Source: Gammaproteobacteria bacterium
GTDB taxonomy: Bacteria > Pseudomonadota > Gammaproteobacteria > UBA4575
DNA length: 64,000 nt
Reading direction: 5' to 3'
NCBI GenBank assembly: GCA_965242685.1
Contig: OZ251487.1
Coordinates: 547,340-611,339 of the forward strand
Both the position numbers and the translations under genes were made by a program. Under the pieces are notes generated by a model. It was given only the letters and a program-made list of their open reading frames with translations, searched no databases and had not been told where the DNA came from. How positions within the stretch are numbered: position 1 is the first letter of the stretch; each line of letters begins with the position of its first letter. Of this stretch, positions 10,748-23,448 are shown piece after piece.

Positions 10748-11398
10748 TTATGATGAAAATAATATCGGTGTGTCAAGAGGCTTGTTTTCAAGGTAAGCAG
10801 TTTCATCGATACAGGATAATCTATTTTCAATGAACCATTTTATCGCCAGTGGAAGAATGACGTGTTCTTTTTCCTTCACACGTTTTTCCAAACTGTCCGG
10901 ATCGTCCGAGTTGTTGACGGCTATTTTCGCTTGTATTACCAACGGGCCTTTATCTAGGTCAAGAGTTACGAAGTGTACGCTGGAGCCATGTTCCTTATGG
11001 CCGGCTTCAAGCACGCGCCGGTGGGTATGCAGGCCGGGAAACTTGGGTAGCAGAGAAGGATGAACGTTCAAGATTTTGTTTCGGTATTTATATACAAATA
11101 GTTTGCTTAGCACACGCATAAATCCCGCTAAAACAACCAGGTCAAAGTTGTAGGCTTCGAGTGTTGCAATCAGTTTCTTTTCAAATGTTTCGCGCGAAAG
11201 ATAGCGAGTATGTTCAACGACGTGTGTAGGTATTTGTGCTCGTCTTGCGCGAAGCAGGCCGTAGACGTTTTTTTTGTCGCTGATTACGCACGCGACGCCG
11301 GCGCGAATAAGGCCATGTTGAACCTGGTCAATAATGGCTTGCAGGTTACTGCCGTTTCCCGAGATTAAAACGGCGATGTTGCGGGAATTATCCGGCAC
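10748..11398 (-). CDS. purN: phosphoribosylglycinamide formyltransferase
   Basis: 'IAVLISGNGSNLQAI' and 'LNVHPSLLPKFPG' motifs. The track ORF extends to 11476 and overlaps purM. An in-frame GTG at 11398 just after the purM stop is the more plausible start. Confidence 0.85.
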   Translation of the reverse strand: MPDNSRNIAVLISGNGSNLQAIIDQVQHGLIRAGVACVISDKKNVYGLLRARRAQIPTHVVEHTRYLSRETFEKKLIATLEAYNFDLVVLAGFMRVLSKLFVYKYRNKILNVHPSLLPKFPGLHTHRRVLEAGHKEHGSSVHFVTLDLDKGPLVIQAKIAVNNSDDPDSLEKRVKEKEHVILPLAIKWFIENRLSCIDETAYLENKPLDTPILFSS

Positions 11399-11402
11399 GG
11401 CA

Positions 11403-12428
11403 TTATCGCAATGTGATCTTGTTCTTGGAAATGGAGGAATTAATTTCACCAATGATTGTTGCCTGATGCGCCGCACGCTGACAAATCTCGATGGCTTGAT
11501 CGACTTGATGTTCCGGCAGCACGACGACCATCCCTATACCGCAATTGAAGACCCGGTGCATTTCCGTGTTATCGATCTCGCCCGCCTGTTGCAACCAGTT
11601 GAAGATTTCCGGGCGCCGCCACGTTGAGGAGTCTATATTTGCAATGAGGCCGTCGGGTATGATTCTGGGCACGTTTTCAAGCAAACCGCCGCCTGTGACG
11701 TGACATAAGCCGTGCACTTCAAGGGATGTAACCAACTGCGATACAACGTCCGCATAAATGATAGTGGGCGTTAGTAATATCTCTCCCAATGTTTTTTCAC
11801 CCAGCTTTTCACTGGTAGAGGTATTGGTGACTTGCATGACTTTATTGATTAATGAGTAGCCGTTGGCGTGGACGCCATTGGATGGAATCCCGATCACCAG
11901 GTCTCTTTCGGTTACGTTACTGCCGTCAATGACCTGTTGTTGGTCTACTACGCCTACACAAAAGCCTGCCAAGTCATAGGCGCCGTCGCCGTACATGCCC
12001 GGCATTTCGGCGGTTTCACCGCCAAGCAACGCCGCGCCGGCTTGGCGGCAACCTTCCGCAATGCCTTCAATCACTGCCCGGGCGGTCTTGGTGTCCAGTT
12101 TGCCCGTAGCGAAATAATCCAGGAAAAAAAGGGGTTCCGCTCCCTGTACAATCACGTCGTTTACGCACATGGCTACCAGATCGATACCGATGGTGGCATG
12201 CTGATTGAGCTGTTGTGCCAAACGCAGTTTCGTGCCTACGCCGTCTGTGCCCGCAACCAGTACCGGCTGCTTGTATTTATGATTTTGCAGCGCAAACAAT
12301 CCGCCGAACCCGCCAATGCCGGAAAGTACTTCCAAACGATGGGTGGAGCGTACTGCCGGTTTGATCAGGTTGATGAGTCGGTTTGCGGTGTCAATGTTGA
12401 CGCCGCTATCTCTGTAGGTGAGTGTCAT
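11403..12428 (-). CDS. purM: phosphoribosylformylglycinamidine cyclo-ligase (AIR synthetase)
   Basis: 341 aa with '[12 protein letters not shown]', '[23 protein letters not shown]' and 'HVTGGG'. Confidence 0.93.
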   Translation of the reverse strand: MTLTYRDSGVNIDTANRLINLIKPAVRSTHRLEVLSGIGGFGGLFALQNHKYKQPVLVAGTDGVGTKLRLAQQLNQHATIGIDLVAMCVNDVIVQGAEPLFFLDYFATGKLDTKTARAVIEGIAEGCRQAGAALLGGETAEMPGMYGDGAYDLAGFCVGVVDQQQVIDGSNVTERDLVIGIPSNGVHANGYSLINKVMQVTNTSTSEKLGEKTLGEILLTPTIIYADVVSQLVTSLEVHGLCHVTGGGLLENVPRIIPDGLIANIDSSTWRRPEIFNWLQQAGEIDNTEMHRVFNCGIGMVVVLPEHQVDQAIEICQRAAHQATIIGEINSSISKNKITLR

Positions 12429-12563
12429 CGCATACTCGTTTTTAGTATCGGTAGTATCGGAAAAAAATCGTATTATCCAAGATTTTCGTTGCGTAGCGGT
12501 GAAGATACTTATACCATCCGAATGCCAACAATGAATATATAATCATACAACGTTGGGTGTGTC

Positions 12564-13139
12564 ATGGGGACAAGGCATAGCGTCTCTTACTGGAAGTTTA
12601 TTCCGAACCTGATTACCGTGGCTCGGTTTGCCGCCGTACCGTTTTTGGTGTGGTGGTTGTTTACAGGCCAGTTTTATAATGCCTTTTTGTTGCTTTTCCT
12701 CATGGGTTTGTCTGATGCGGTGGATGGTTATCTGGCTAAGTCGTTCAGTTGGAAAACCGCTTTGGGCGCCTACTTGGACCCTGCGGCAGACAAGGCCATG
12801 TTGATCAGTGCCTATGTCACTTTGGGTGCGTTGAATCTGTTACCCCATTGGTTGGTATTTGTCGTCATACTTCGGGACGTTGCACTATTGGCGGGTGCGC
12901 TGGCTTATAATCTTGCCACGCGCCGTCTGGAAATTCAGCCCACACTTATCAGCAAGTTCAATACGTGCATGCAAATCGTTTTGGCGTTTTCTGTCATCTA
13001 TAATCAGTTTGGTACGTTGCCCGGTATGGTGATACCGATACTGATTGGGCTTACGGTATTTACTACCGTTGCCAGCGGATTGGACTACTTGATGGAAGAG
13101 CGCTCCAGGCGTGCCGCACGGCATGGCGAGCAGGCCTAG
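12564..13139 (+). CDS. CDP-alcohol phosphatidyltransferase family protein
   Basis: Polytopic membrane protein with D-x2-DG-x2-AR...G-x3-D-x3-D in 'SDAVDGYLAKSFSWKTALGAYLDPAADK'. Confidence 0.8.
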   Translation: MGTRHSVSYWKFIPNLITVARFAAVPFLVWWLFTGQFYNAFLLLFLMGLSDAVDGYLAKSFSWKTALGAYLDPAADKAMLISAYVTLGALNLLPHWLVFVVILRDVALLAGALAYNLATRRLEIQPTLISKFNTCMQIVLAFSVIYNQFGTLPGMVIPILIGLTVFTTVASGLDYLMEERSRRAARHGEQA

Positions 13140-13210
13140 GCCTGATGCCCGCCTGTTAAGCATTTTCTCCGTCCCGTTGATAATAAAGACGTCCTCCCTT
13201 TTAGTCTTTT

Positions 13211-14881
<1,671 letters not shown>

Positions 14882-15009
14882 GGCGATTTTTCTCCGTTTG
14901 AGTCGTGACCGGTAATGATTGCGGCTTTTTCTCTCATTTATTTGCGGTTATATTGATACGCTATTATATTTTATCACAGCTTGTTTAGCGGGAATCGTTT
15001 GATACGTAG

Positions 15010-15294
15010 GTGAGTGACAGTTCTGTTCGAGTAGGCATGCGTTGTACTGTCCATGGGAAGGTGCAGGGCGTATTTTTCAGAGCTACTACGTGTGAGCAGG
15101 CACGGCGGCTTGGTATTGCAGGATATGCCAAGAATCTACCGGATGGTTGCGTAGAAGTGGTGGCGTATGGTGAACGGACGTCTTTGGATAGGTTGGAAGA
15201 ATGGCTATGGAAAGGTTCAGAGTCTGCACAGGTTACCCACGTGGAATGTGAGCCTGTATCGGAACGAGATTTTACAGGTTTTCAGATATTGTAG
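15010..15294 (+). CDS. acyP: acylphosphatase
   Basis: 94 aa with 'VHGKVQGVFFRATT' and 'GYAKNLPDGCVEVV'. Confidence 0.85.
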   Translation: MSDSSVRVGMRCTVHGKVQGVFFRATTCEQARRLGIAGYAKNLPDGCVEVVAYGERTSLDRLEEWLWKGSESAQVTHVECEPVSERDFTGFQIL

Positions 15295-15297
15295 ACG

Positions 15298-15654
15298 ATG
15301 CCTATATATGAATACGAGTGTGAAGCCTGCGGAACTCGACACGAGGCCTTACAGAAAATCAATGCTCCATCCTTGAAGGACTGCCCCGCATGTACAGCAC
15401 CGGCGCTCAAGAGGCTTGTTTCGGCGGCGAGGTTTAGATTAAAAGGTTCGGGATGGTATGAGACCGACTTCAAATCGGATAATAAGCGTAATTTGGCCGT
15501 TGGCGATTCAAAAGAGAAAGACGCATCGAAAGATACCAAAAAGTCAGGGATGAAAAACAACGGCAAAAAGACCGTGCCCAAAGGAAAAGGCAAGAAAAAC
15601 GATGCCAGAAAAGACACTAAACCTGCAAAGACATCGTCGACCAAAGAAAAATAG
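15298..15654 (+). CDS. FmdB-family zinc-ribbon protein with Lys-rich tail
   Basis: 'MPIYEYECEACG...CPAC' CxxC-x-CxxC ribbon followed by a low-complexity K/D-rich C-terminus. Confidence 0.8.
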   Translation: MPIYEYECEACGTRHEALQKINAPSLKDCPACTAPALKRLVSAARFRLKGSGWYETDFKSDNKRNLAVGDSKEKDASKDTKKSGMKNNGKKTVPKGKGKKNDARKDTKPAKTSSTKEK

Positions 15655-15767
15655 CAAGTTTGATCATGTATCTTCTAGAGTGTTTTATTGTAAGTAAGTA
15701 ATAGAGGGTGTTATTTACCCTGTCGTTGCACATAGCTACATATCGGCATATTTCTTTCAGATTTATC

Positions 15768-17552
15768 ATGCGAACTCATTACTGTGGCCAGGTAACGACG
15801 AGACTGATCGGTCAAGAAGTCTCCGTATGCGGGTGGGTGCACCGCAGACGCGACCACGGCGGGGTAATTTTTGTTGATTTGCGTGACCGGGAAGGGATTT
15901 TCCAGGTAGTGTTTGATCCGAATACGCCCGTTATATTTCAAGTTGCCGAGCGTATTCGCAACGAGTACGTGCTTCGTGTTACGGGTCATGTTCGTTTGCG
16001 TCCCGATGAGAGTGTTAATCCGGATTTGCCGACGGGGCAGGTAGAGATGCTTGCAGAATCATTGGAAGTGCTGAATGAATCGGATACGCCTCCGTTTCAG
16101 TTGGATGACGACAGCGTACATGAAGAAAAGCGGCTCCGTTACCGATACATTGACCTGCGTCGCCCCGTTATGCAGGCGCGTATTCGAACCAAAGCGAGCA
16201 TTGTTCGCATAGTACGCAGCTTTTTGGACGGCCATGGTTTCTTTGAAATTGAAACTCCCGTGTTGACCAAGGCAACGCCGGAGGGTGCACGTGACTATCT
16301 GGTACCCAGCCGCACGCAACCGCACTCGTTTTTTGCCTTGCCGCAGTCTCCACAACTGTTCAAGCAATTACTGATGATGGGAGGGTTTGATCGCTACTAT
16401 CAGCTTGCCCGCTGTTTTCGGGATGAAGATTTACGTGCTGATCGTCAACCTGAATTCACGCAACTGGATATCGAGACCTCGTTTATGACGCGAGATGAAA
16501 TCATGTCCGTGATAGAAGACATGCTGCATGATTTATTCAAACAGACCAGTAACGAAACGTTGGAGAGGCCGTTTCCAAGAGTCAGTTATAAGGAAGCGAT
16601 GCAGCGCTTTGGCAGCGATAAACCAGATTTGCGCATTCCGCTTGAATTGATTGATGTCACCACGATGATGAAAGACGTGGAGTTTGCAGTTTTCAGCAAG
16701 GCCGCGAATGATCAAGAAGGCCGGGTCGCAATGCTGAAGGTGCCACAAGGTTCGGTGCTTACACGCAAAGAGATTCAGGACTATACCGAATTTGTGGGCA
16801 ATTATGGCGCCAAAGGTTTAGCGTATATAAAGTGTAGTGACGTTGCCAAGGCTTCTGCTGGATTACAGTCGCCGATCGTAAAATTCTTGTCGGATGGCGT
16901 GATCGAGCAACTTATTGCCAAGTCGAACGCCATGAATGGTGATCTACTTTTTTTTGGTGCGGACAAAGAAGAAATCGTCAATGCCTCGCTTGGTGCGTTA
17001 CGGGTGAAGCTGGGGCATGACCTGAATATTGTCGAATCAGGATGGCGTCCGCTCTGGGTAGTGGAATTCCCTATGTTTGAAAAAGACCGGGACAGTGGGC
17101 ACTGGTCTACGTTGCATCACCCGTTTACCGCCCCATCTTGCAAGGATCCTGAATCCCTTATTCGAGACCCTGGCGCTGCCTCTTCACAGGCCTATGACGT
17201 AGTGTTGAATGGCGTAGAAGTAGGAGGGGGGTCCATACGTATTCACCGGCGCGACATACAGACCGCAGTTTTTGAAGTATTGCAAATCAATGCTCAGGAG
17301 GCTCGGGATAAGTTCGGGTTTTTATTGGATGCCTTACGTTATGGCGCCCCTCCGCACGGAGGGATTGCATTGGGTCTGGACCGACTGGTGATGTTGTTGA
17401 CTGGAAGCCAATCCATTCGCGACGTAATTCCTTTCCCGAAGACTCAAAATGCAGCTTGCTTGTTGATGGATGCGCCGGCGACCGTAGATGAACATCAATT
17501 ACAGACATTGCACCTTCGGTTACGTGGTGCGGTCAAACACACGGATGAATAA
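15768..17552 (+). CDS. aspS: aspartate--tRNA ligase
   Basis: 'MRTHYCGQV' start (the track ORF begins 60 nt upstream), 'FQVVFDP', '[19 protein letters not shown]' and 'GGGSIRIH'. Confidence 0.95.
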   Translation: MRTHYCGQVTTRLIGQEVSVCGWVHRRRDHGGVIFVDLRDREGIFQVVFDPNTPVIFQVAERIRNEYVLRVTGHVRLRPDESVNPDLPTGQVEMLAESLEVLNESDTPPFQLDDDSVHEEKRLRYRYIDLRRPVMQARIRTKASIVRIVRSFLDGHGFFEIETPVLTKATPEGARDYLVPSRTQPHSFFALPQSPQLFKQLLMMGGFDRYYQLARCFRDEDLRADRQPEFTQLDIETSFMTRDEIMSVIEDMLHDLFKQTSNETLERPFPRVSYKEAMQRFGSDKPDLRIPLELIDVTTMMKDVEFAVFSKAANDQEGRVAMLKVPQGSVLTRKEIQDYTEFVGNYGAKGLAYIKCSDVAKASAGLQSPIVKFLSDGVIEQLIAKSNAMNGDLLFFGADKEEIVNASLGALRVKLGHDLNIVESGWRPLWVVEFPMFEKDRDSGHWSTLHHPFTAPSCKDPESLIRDPGAASSQAYDVVLNGVEVGGGSIRIHRRDIQTAVFEVLQINAQEARDKFGFLLDALRYGAPPHGGIALGLDRLVMLLTGSQSIRDVIPFPKTQNAACLLMDAPATVDEHQLQTLHLRLRGAVKHTDE

Positions 17553-17627
17553 GGCGTTGTGGCCGGGTACTTGTATACGTATAGGGGCATGATTTGAGAT
17601 AACCGGAAATACTCGTAAAATAAATAC

Positions 17628-18068
17628 TTGCAAGCATTGATGGGTCATAAACGTCCGGAATCGGCGCTGGTAATCGTATACACGCAAGGCAGCGAAGTCT
17701 TGATGTTGCGGCGTCGATACCCCAAAAATTTTTGGCAATCGGTGACGGGAAGTCTTGAATGGGGAGAAGAGCCCTTGCAGGCGGCTATTCGGGAGTTGCG
17801 AGAAGAAACCGGCTTGATAAATGAAGGCATTCGTGATTGTCATTATTCGCAGATGTTTGAAATCTACCCTATATGGCGCGAACGCTATGCACCTGGAGTC
17901 ACTCAGAACAGGGAACACGTGTTTCGATTGCAGCTACCTGAAAAGGTAGATATCCATCTCGATGAAAAGGAGCACGAAAAGTTCATATGGTTACCTCGTG
18001 CCCAGGCAGCCGGCTTGGCGTCTTCTCACACAAATCGGGCTGCGATTTTGCATTGGGTGGGGTCATAG
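17628..18068 (+). CDS. nudB: NUDIX hydrolase (NudB-like dihydroneopterin triphosphate diphosphatase)
   Basis: Nudix box 'GSLEWGEEPLQAAIRELREETGL'. Position in the conserved aspS-nudB-yebC-ruvC order. Confidence 0.75.
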   Translation: MQALMGHKRPESALVIVYTQGSEVLMLRRRYPKNFWQSVTGSLEWGEEPLQAAIRELREETGLINEGIRDCHYSQMFEIYPIWRERYAPGVTQNREHVFRLQLPEKVDIHLDEKEHEKFIWLPRAQAAGLASSHTNRAAILHWVGS

Positions 18069-18085
18069 CCGCTATAAAGGTATTG

Positions 18086-18709
18086 ATGCGTGAAATAGTA
18101 GTCTGTATACATGGCACTTGGATGAAGGGTTGGGTGATGATGCCCATTTCACGCTATCTCAGCAGGCATGGACATGAATGCAGGCGGTTCTCTTACCAAA
18201 GTCTGCGTCACTCCCCCGAACGGAGCGCACAGATACTTGCGCGCTTTGTTGATCGGCTTGACGCCGATCTTGTTCACTTTGTTGCGCACAGTTTTGGAGG
18301 CGTCGTCCTGTTGTATTACTTTCAATGGGTCTACACGGCTCGGCCCGGCAGAGTCGTCATGCTGGGGACGCCATTGAGAGGAAGCGGTTGCGCGCGTTAT
18401 CTTGCCGGAAATAATTTCACCAAAAATCTCACTTTGGGCGAAAGTGCCGAGTCTCTCCTTGGCAATGCTCCAAAATGGAAAGGCGGGCGGCCGTTGGCTA
18501 TATTTGCCGGCACCCGAAGCAGGGGCGTGGGGAGGATGCTGGGTGTACCACTTGATGATCCCAATGATGGCACGGTTGCCGTTTCTGAAACAAAAACGGA
18601 TAATTGCACTTTACACGTGCAAATACCGTACAGTCATACTGGTATGTTATTCTCTAGAAGCGTTGCGGCCTTTGTGGATGAGTTTCTACGCACTGGAAGC
18701 ATTACATAG
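18086..18709 (+). CDS. alpha/beta-fold hydrolase
   Basis: 'VVCIHG' oxyanion region and 'AHSFGG' nucleophile elbow. Start taken at the internal ATG (MREIVV), since the track ORF overlaps nudB. Confidence 0.6.
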   Translation: MREIVVCIHGTWMKGWVMMPISRYLSRHGHECRRFSYQSLRHSPERSAQILARFVDRLDADLVHFVAHSFGGVVLLYYFQWVYTARPGRVVMLGTPLRGSGCARYLAGNNFTKNLTLGESAESLLGNAPKWKGGRPLAIFAGTRSRGVGRMLGVPLDDPNDGTVAVSETKTDNCTLHVQIPYSHTGMLFSRSVAAFVDEFLRTGSIT

Positions 18710-18760
18710 GCCTGGAGAGGGGTTGTCGCACAATGCCGCTAACCTGATAGAAGGGGTTCA

Positions 18761-19507
18761 ATGGCCGGTCATAGCAAGTGGGCTAATATTCAGCACCGAA
18801 AGAAGGCACAGGATGCCAAGCGCGGCAAATTATTCGGCAGGCTGATTCGGGAAATAACGGTTGCTGCCCGCATGGGGGGCGCGGATCCGGACGCCAATGC
18901 ACGTTTGCGTCTGGCGGTGGATAAGGCGCTGTCTGCCAACATGCCGAAAGATACCGTTGAACGAGCCATCAAGCGTGGTGCGGGTGAACTGGATGGCGGT
19001 GGTTATGAGGAGGTGCGTTACGAGGGCTATGGTCCTGGCGGTGCAGCGATATTGATAGATTGTTTGACGGACAACCGCAATCGCACGGTTGCCGAAATTC
19101 GCCATGTATTCACTAAGCACGGCGGTAATCTTGGTGCTTCTGGTTCGGTTTCCTATTTATTCTCACAGGCGGGCATTATCCTATTTGCGCCCGACACGAA
19201 TGAAGAAGCTGTGATGGAAATTGCACTTGAGTTTGGTGCCGAGGACGTGGTTACGGATGATGACGGTAGTCTTGAAGTCATTACGTCGGCGGAGGTGTTC
19301 CTGGAAGTCAAACAGGCACTTGAGGCATCCGGTTTGTCACCTGAGCAAGCTGAGGTCACTATGCGCGCCAATGCCACGGCATCCTTGTCGGCTAAAGATG
19401 GTGAGACGATATTGCGCCTGCTGGAGGCGCTGGACGGGCTTGATGACGTACAAGGTATCTATTCCAATGTAGCCTTGCCTGACACAGTACTGGAAGCGGT
19501 AGCTTGA
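18761..19507 (+). CDS. yebC: YebC/PmpR-family transcriptional regulator
   Basis: '[14 protein letters not shown]' hallmark N-terminus. Upstream of ruvC. Confidence 0.93.
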   Translation: MAGHSKWANIQHRKKAQDAKRGKLFGRLIREITVAARMGGADPDANARLRLAVDKALSANMPKDTVERAIKRGAGELDGGGYEEVRYEGYGPGGAAILIDCLTDNRNRTVAEIRHVFTKHGGNLGASGSVSYLFSQAGIILFAPDTNEEAVMEIALEFGAEDVVTDDDGSLEVITSAEVFLEVKQALEASGLSPEQAEVTMRANATASLSAKDGETILRLLEALDGLDDVQGIYSNVALPDTVLEAVA

Positions 19508-19524
19508 ATATTTGAAAGCATACC

Positions 19525-20070
19525 GTGGCGATGATCAACGAAGGTAACGTCACTCGAATTCTTGGTATTGACCCCGGTCTGAAAATTACGGGTTTTGGCG
19601 TTATAGAGAGCGATGGAAGGAACAGCCGTTATATCCACAGTGGCAACGTTTGTGCCAAGGGCAGGCGTGGTGATGCGGAAATGCCGCGGCGTTTAGGTAT
19701 AATCTTTCGCAGATTGACGGAAGTCATCGACCGGTACAAGCCCGATGAAATAGCGGTGGAAGAAGTATTTATCTCACGCAATGCCTCATCCGCACTTAAG
19801 CTTGGTCATGCACGCGGTGCCGCCCTGAGTGCCGCGGTACAATTTGATATACCTGTCAGTGAATACAGCGTGCGCTCCATAAGAAAGACTATAGTTGGAA
19901 ATGGTGCGGCGAATAAAGAACAAGTGCAGTACATGGTGTTGCGCCTACTGGCGTTACGTGGGAAATTGCAATTGGATGAAGCGGATGCCCTGGCCGTATC
20001 TTTATGCCACGCATATTCATCCTTGCTGGTTAAGAGACAACAAATTCACTGCGACGGAAGCCACGTATGA
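19525..20070 (+). CDS. ruvC: Holliday junction resolvase RuvC
   Basis: 'ILGIDPG' and 'EEVF...' acidic catalytic residues, plus 'DEADALAV'. Confidence 0.92.
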   Translation: MAMINEGNVTRILGIDPGLKITGFGVIESDGRNSRYIHSGNVCAKGRRGDAEMPRRLGIIFRRLTEVIDRYKPDEIAVEEVFISRNASSALKLGHARGAALSAAVQFDIPVSEYSVRSIRKTIVGNGAANKEQVQYMVLRLLALRGKLQLDEADALAVSLCHAYSSLLVKRQQIHCDGSHV

Positions 20071-20663
20071 TAGGACGCTTACAAGGAGAGATTATAGAAA
20101 AGCGTCCACCTCATCTTTTAGTTGACGTGCAGGGTGTGGGGTATGAAGTGGAGGCACCGATGTCTACATTTTATGAATTACCGGATTGCGGGCAGAATGT
20201 AGCACTGTATACGCACCTGTTGGTTCGTGATGACGCGCATACCTTGTATGCGTTCAAGCACGTTCAGGATCGTAGTCTGTTTCGTAATCTGTTAAAGGTG
20301 AACGGCGTAGGCGCCAAGGTAGCGTTGGCAATCCTTTCAGGTATGGATGCAATCGCATTTGCGAATTACGTACATAATGGAGATGCCGAATCATTGACTC
20401 GTCTTCCGGGCATCGGTCGGAAAACGGCCGAACGGCTCATTATAGATATGCGCGACCGCTTGGATATGACGAGTAGTGTCGGCACCTCGGGTGACGGCAA
20501 GGTCATGCCTCGGCACGGCTCCGCCGTTGAAGATGCTTTAACCGCTCTCATCTCACTAGGTTACAAGCCAAGAGAGGCAAATCGTATGGTGGATGAAGTT
20601 GAAACACACGGCCGGGATAGCGAGGCGATTATCCGCTTGGCATTAAAATCCCGTTTGTCCTGA
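20067..20663 (+). CDS. ruvA: Holliday junction branch migration complex subunit RuvA
   Basis: 'MIGRLQG', 'VGYEV', and HhH motifs 'VNGVGAKVALAIL' and 'LPGIGRKTAERL'. Confidence 0.93.
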   Translation: MIGRLQGEIIEKRPPHLLVDVQGVGYEVEAPMSTFYELPDCGQNVALYTHLLVRDDAHTLYAFKHVQDRSLFRNLLKVNGVGAKVALAILSGMDAIAFANYVHNGDAESLTRLPGIGRKTAERLIIDMRDRLDMTSSVGTSGDGKVMPRHGSAVEDALTALISLGYKPREANRMVDEVETHGRDSEAIIRLALKSRLS

Positions 20664-20737
20664 AATGAACGTAGGAAGTACTCAATGCCGAATTCTGCTC
20701 TACTCGCTTTCGGCCTTGGAGTATATGTAGCGAATAT

Positions 20738-21790
20738 TTGATGGCTGATTTGTCAACATCTCGTCTTGTTGATGCGCATGTCAAGAAAGATGAGCGTATT
20801 GCTGAAAACGAGATCCGCCCGCGTAAGCTTAATGAGTATATCGGGCAAGTAAGGGTTCGTGAGCAGATGGACATCTTTATATCTGCGGCAAAACAACGCA
20901 AAGAGGCACTGGACCACGTGTTGATATTCGGCCCTCCGGGGCTGGGGAAGACTACACTTTCCCATATAGTGGCCAATGAGATGCAAGTCAATCTGCGTCA
21001 CACTTCGGGGCCCGTTTTGGAACGTGCCGGGGACCTGGCTGCAATTCTCACCAATCTTGAACCTAATGACGTGTTGTTTGTTGACGAGATTCATCGACTC
21101 AGTCCCGTTGTAGAAGAAGTACTGTACCCGGTGATGGAAGACTTTCAGCTTGATATCATGATTGGTGAAGGGCCTGCCGCGAGATCGATCAAACTGGATT
21201 TGCCACCATTTACCTTGGTAGGGGCGACGACACGTACAGGGTTGCTTACTTCGCCTTTACGGGACCGCTTTGGGATTGTGCAGCGCCTTGAATTTTATAC
21301 TACCGAAGAGCTATCGGCGATCGTGCATCGGTCTGCGAAGATACTCAAGGTTCGCATTGATGAGAAGGGTGCCGAGCAGATTGCGCGCCGTGCGCGCGGC
21401 ACTCCAAGAATTGCAAATCGCTTATTGAGGCGCGTGCGTGATTACGTGCAAATCAAGTCCAACGGAGCGATTACCGGTGATAATGCGAATTTGGCATTGG
21501 ACATGCTGAGCGTTGACGGACATGGGTTTGACAGCATGGATCGGTGTTTATTGCTTGCTATAATTGAGAAATTTGAAGGAGGGCCGGTGGGTGTGGACAG
21601 CCTGGCTGCGGCCATTGGGGAGGAACGAGGTACCATTGAAGATGTAATTGAGCCATATCTTATTTTGACGGGATTTATGATGCGTACTTCACGTGGAAGG
21701 GTAGCAACGGGGAACGCCTATCGCCACTTCGGGATTAAACGTCCTTCACAAGGTGCGCCGAATTCGGACTTGTTCACGACAACCACGTAG
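20738..21790 (+). CDS. ruvB: Holliday junction branch migration DNA helicase RuvB
   Basis: Walker A 'GPPGLGKTT', Walker B '[10 protein letters not shown]' and '[16 protein letters not shown]'. Confidence 0.95.
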   Translation: MMADLSTSRLVDAHVKKDERIAENEIRPRKLNEYIGQVRVREQMDIFISAAKQRKEALDHVLIFGPPGLGKTTLSHIVANEMQVNLRHTSGPVLERAGDLAAILTNLEPNDVLFVDEIHRLSPVVEEVLYPVMEDFQLDIMIGEGPAARSIKLDLPPFTLVGATTRTGLLTSPLRDRFGIVQRLEFYTTEELSAIVHRSAKILKVRIDEKGAEQIARRARGTPRIANRLLRRVRDYVQIKSNGAITGDNANLALDMLSVDGHGFDSMDRCLLLAIIEKFEGGPVGVDSLAAAIGEERGTIEDVIEPYLILTGFMMRTSRGRVATGNAYRHFGIKRPSQGAPNSDLFTTTT

Positions 21791-21834
21791 CCCCTTTTAT
21801 CAGTGCTACGTTAAAAAGGTTCAATCTCATACGA

Positions 21835-22248
21835 ATGAAGCCTTATTTCTGGCACGTGCGCATATACTATGAAGACACCGATGCAGGCGGTGTGGTGTAC
21901 TATGCGAATTATCTGAAATTCATGGAACGTGCACGCACGGAGTGGTTGCGTTCTCTCGGAGTCGAACAGGATGATTTGTTGCGGGACATGAACGTTCTAT
22001 TTGCCGTGCGGTCTGTAAATATGGAATATAAAAGGCCTGCAAGATTTAATGACTCACTGTGTATTACCGTAGAGCCTTTTGACTTAAAGCGCGCCAGTAT
22101 TTCTTTCAGGCAGATGATTATAAAGCAGGATGAAGATGAAAGTGTGTTGGCAGTTGGAAAAGTCAACGTTGCTTGTTTGCAAGCGATTGATTTCTCACCT
22201 AAATTCATTCCACAAGATTTATTCAGAGTGATAGAGCGTGCAAGTTGA
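21835..22248 (+). CDS. ybgC: tol-pal-associated acyl-CoA thioesterase YbgC
   Basis: 4HBT hot-dog fold with 'YYEDTDAGGVVYYANYLKFMERART'. First gene of the tol cluster. Confidence 0.88.
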   Translation: MKPYFWHVRIYYEDTDAGGVVYYANYLKFMERARTEWLRSLGVEQDDLLRDMNVLFAVRSVNMEYKRPARFNDSLCITVEPFDLKRASISFRQMIIKQDEDESVLAVGKVNVACLQAIDFSPKFIPQDLFRVIERAS

Positions 22249-22936
22249 TACAAGTGTTTTGGGCTTGATTCTTCATGCAAGCTTTTTGGTACAGCTGGTG
22301 ATGTTGCTGCTGTTGTTGGCCTCCATCATTTCCTGGACCATGATCGTGAGCAAATGGAGGATCATCAAGGATGCGCGTTATGCGGCGGACAAATTTGAGA
22401 AGGAATTCTGGTCGGGAACCAACCTGGTGTCCCTGTATGAAAAAACAAAATTGAAGAGGCATCCTGTCGGTATGGAAAATATCTTTTTGGTGGGGTTCAA
22501 GGAGTACATACGCTTACATCAACAACACAAGGTTTCGCAGACCGTCTTTTTGGACACCGCCTTACGCTCAATGAAAGTGGCCATGTCACGTGAGGTGGGC
22601 TTGTTGGAACACTACCTTTCCTTTCTTGCGACGGTCGGTTCAACCGCCCCTTATATTGGCTTGTTTGGAACGGTATGGGGTATTATGAATTCATTTCGTG
22701 CCTTGGGTAACGTACAACAGGCTACACTTGCTGCCGTTGCCCCGGGAATTGCCGAAGCCTTGATTGCTACGGCAATGGGGTTATTTGCGGCGATTCCGGC
22801 CGTCATTGCATACAACCGGTATTCAAATGATGTAGAGCGGCTTGTGATGCGCTTTGATAATTTTGTAGAAGAGTTCACTGCTTTGTTGCAAAGACAGGCA
22901 TTGACTCGAGATGTGGAACAGCAAGCAACTCCGTAG
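22238..22936 (+). CDS. tolQ: Tol-Pal system protein TolQ
   Basis: MotA/ExbB-type protein with 'ATVGSTAPYIGLFGTVWGIM'. Confidence 0.93.
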   Translation: MQVDTSVLGLILHASFLVQLVMLLLLLASIISWTMIVSKWRIIKDARYAADKFEKEFWSGTNLVSLYEKTKLKRHPVGMENIFLVGFKEYIRLHQQHKVSQTVFLDTALRSMKVAMSREVGLLEHYLSFLATVGSTAPYIGLFGTVWGIMNSFRALGNVQQATLAAVAPGIAEALIATAMGLFAAIPAVIAYNRYSNDVERLVMRFDNFVEEFTALLQRQALTRDVEQQATP

Positions 22937-22986
22937 AACGATGGTATGTACTAAAATTCGTCAACGTAAACGGATACTAGAGGTTA

Positions 22987-23442
22987 ATGTCGTACTCTTC
23001 GTGCACCGGAATTAATCAACGCAAGCGCATATCTGAAATCAATGTTGTTCCCTACATTGACGTTACTCTCGTTTTGCTCGTGATATTTATGGTGACCGCA
23101 CCTTTATTTCATCAAGGCGTAGAAGTGGAGTTACCTGATGCGCCTGCAAAACCGCTTGAAAAAGAGACGGAAAATCAAGAGCCTTTGATAGTATCTATCA
23201 ATCGGACAGGGCAAGTCTTTATAAATAAGGCACGTTCACCTGATAAACCCTTTGCAGACGAAGTATTCAGAAACCAAGTCAGGGAAATTTTATCTAACGA
23301 AGAGGATGGAGCCGTTTATGTGCGCGGCGACCAGAACGTCGAGTATGGCCGGGTGGTTGCCGTGATGGTCATGTTACAGGAGGCGGGCGCCGAAAACGTA
23401 GGATTGCTTACGAATCCGGCTGAAAGAAAATCTAAAAACTAG
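22987..23442 (+). CDS. tolR: Tol-Pal system protein TolR
   Basis: ExbD/TolR-type protein with 'EINVVPYIDVTLVLLVIFM'. Confidence 0.9.
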   Translation: MSYSSCTGINQRKRISEINVVPYIDVTLVLLVIFMVTAPLFHQGVEVELPDAPAKPLEKETENQEPLIVSINRTGQVFINKARSPDKPFADEVFRNQVREILSNEEDGAVYVRGDQNVEYGRVVAVMVMLQEAGAENVGLLTNPAERKSKN

Positions 23443-23448
23443 CGAGGT

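Noticed and set aside
11399-11476. N-terminal 26-aa extension of purN that overlaps the end of purM by 74 nt
   Set aside because: The extension has no PurN-like sequence. An in-frame GTG at 11398, directly after the purM stop, gives a normal-length PurN. This is most likely an ORF-caller artefact rather than a real overlap.
12429-12563. 'ttttcgttgcgt' in the purM upstream region as a PurR box, and the 'gtatcggtagtatcgg' direct repeat
   Set aside because: The match to the enterobacterial PurR consensus is poor, and PurR regulation is not expected to be general outside enterics. The repeat is short and unsupported.
13131-13144. Perfect 14-nt palindrome caggcctaggcctg spanning the stop codon of the CDP-alcohol phosphatidyltransferase gene
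   Set aside because: It has no loop and no T-tract, so it is not a terminator. It is a single occurrence and could be chance or a restriction-type site, so nothing further is supported.
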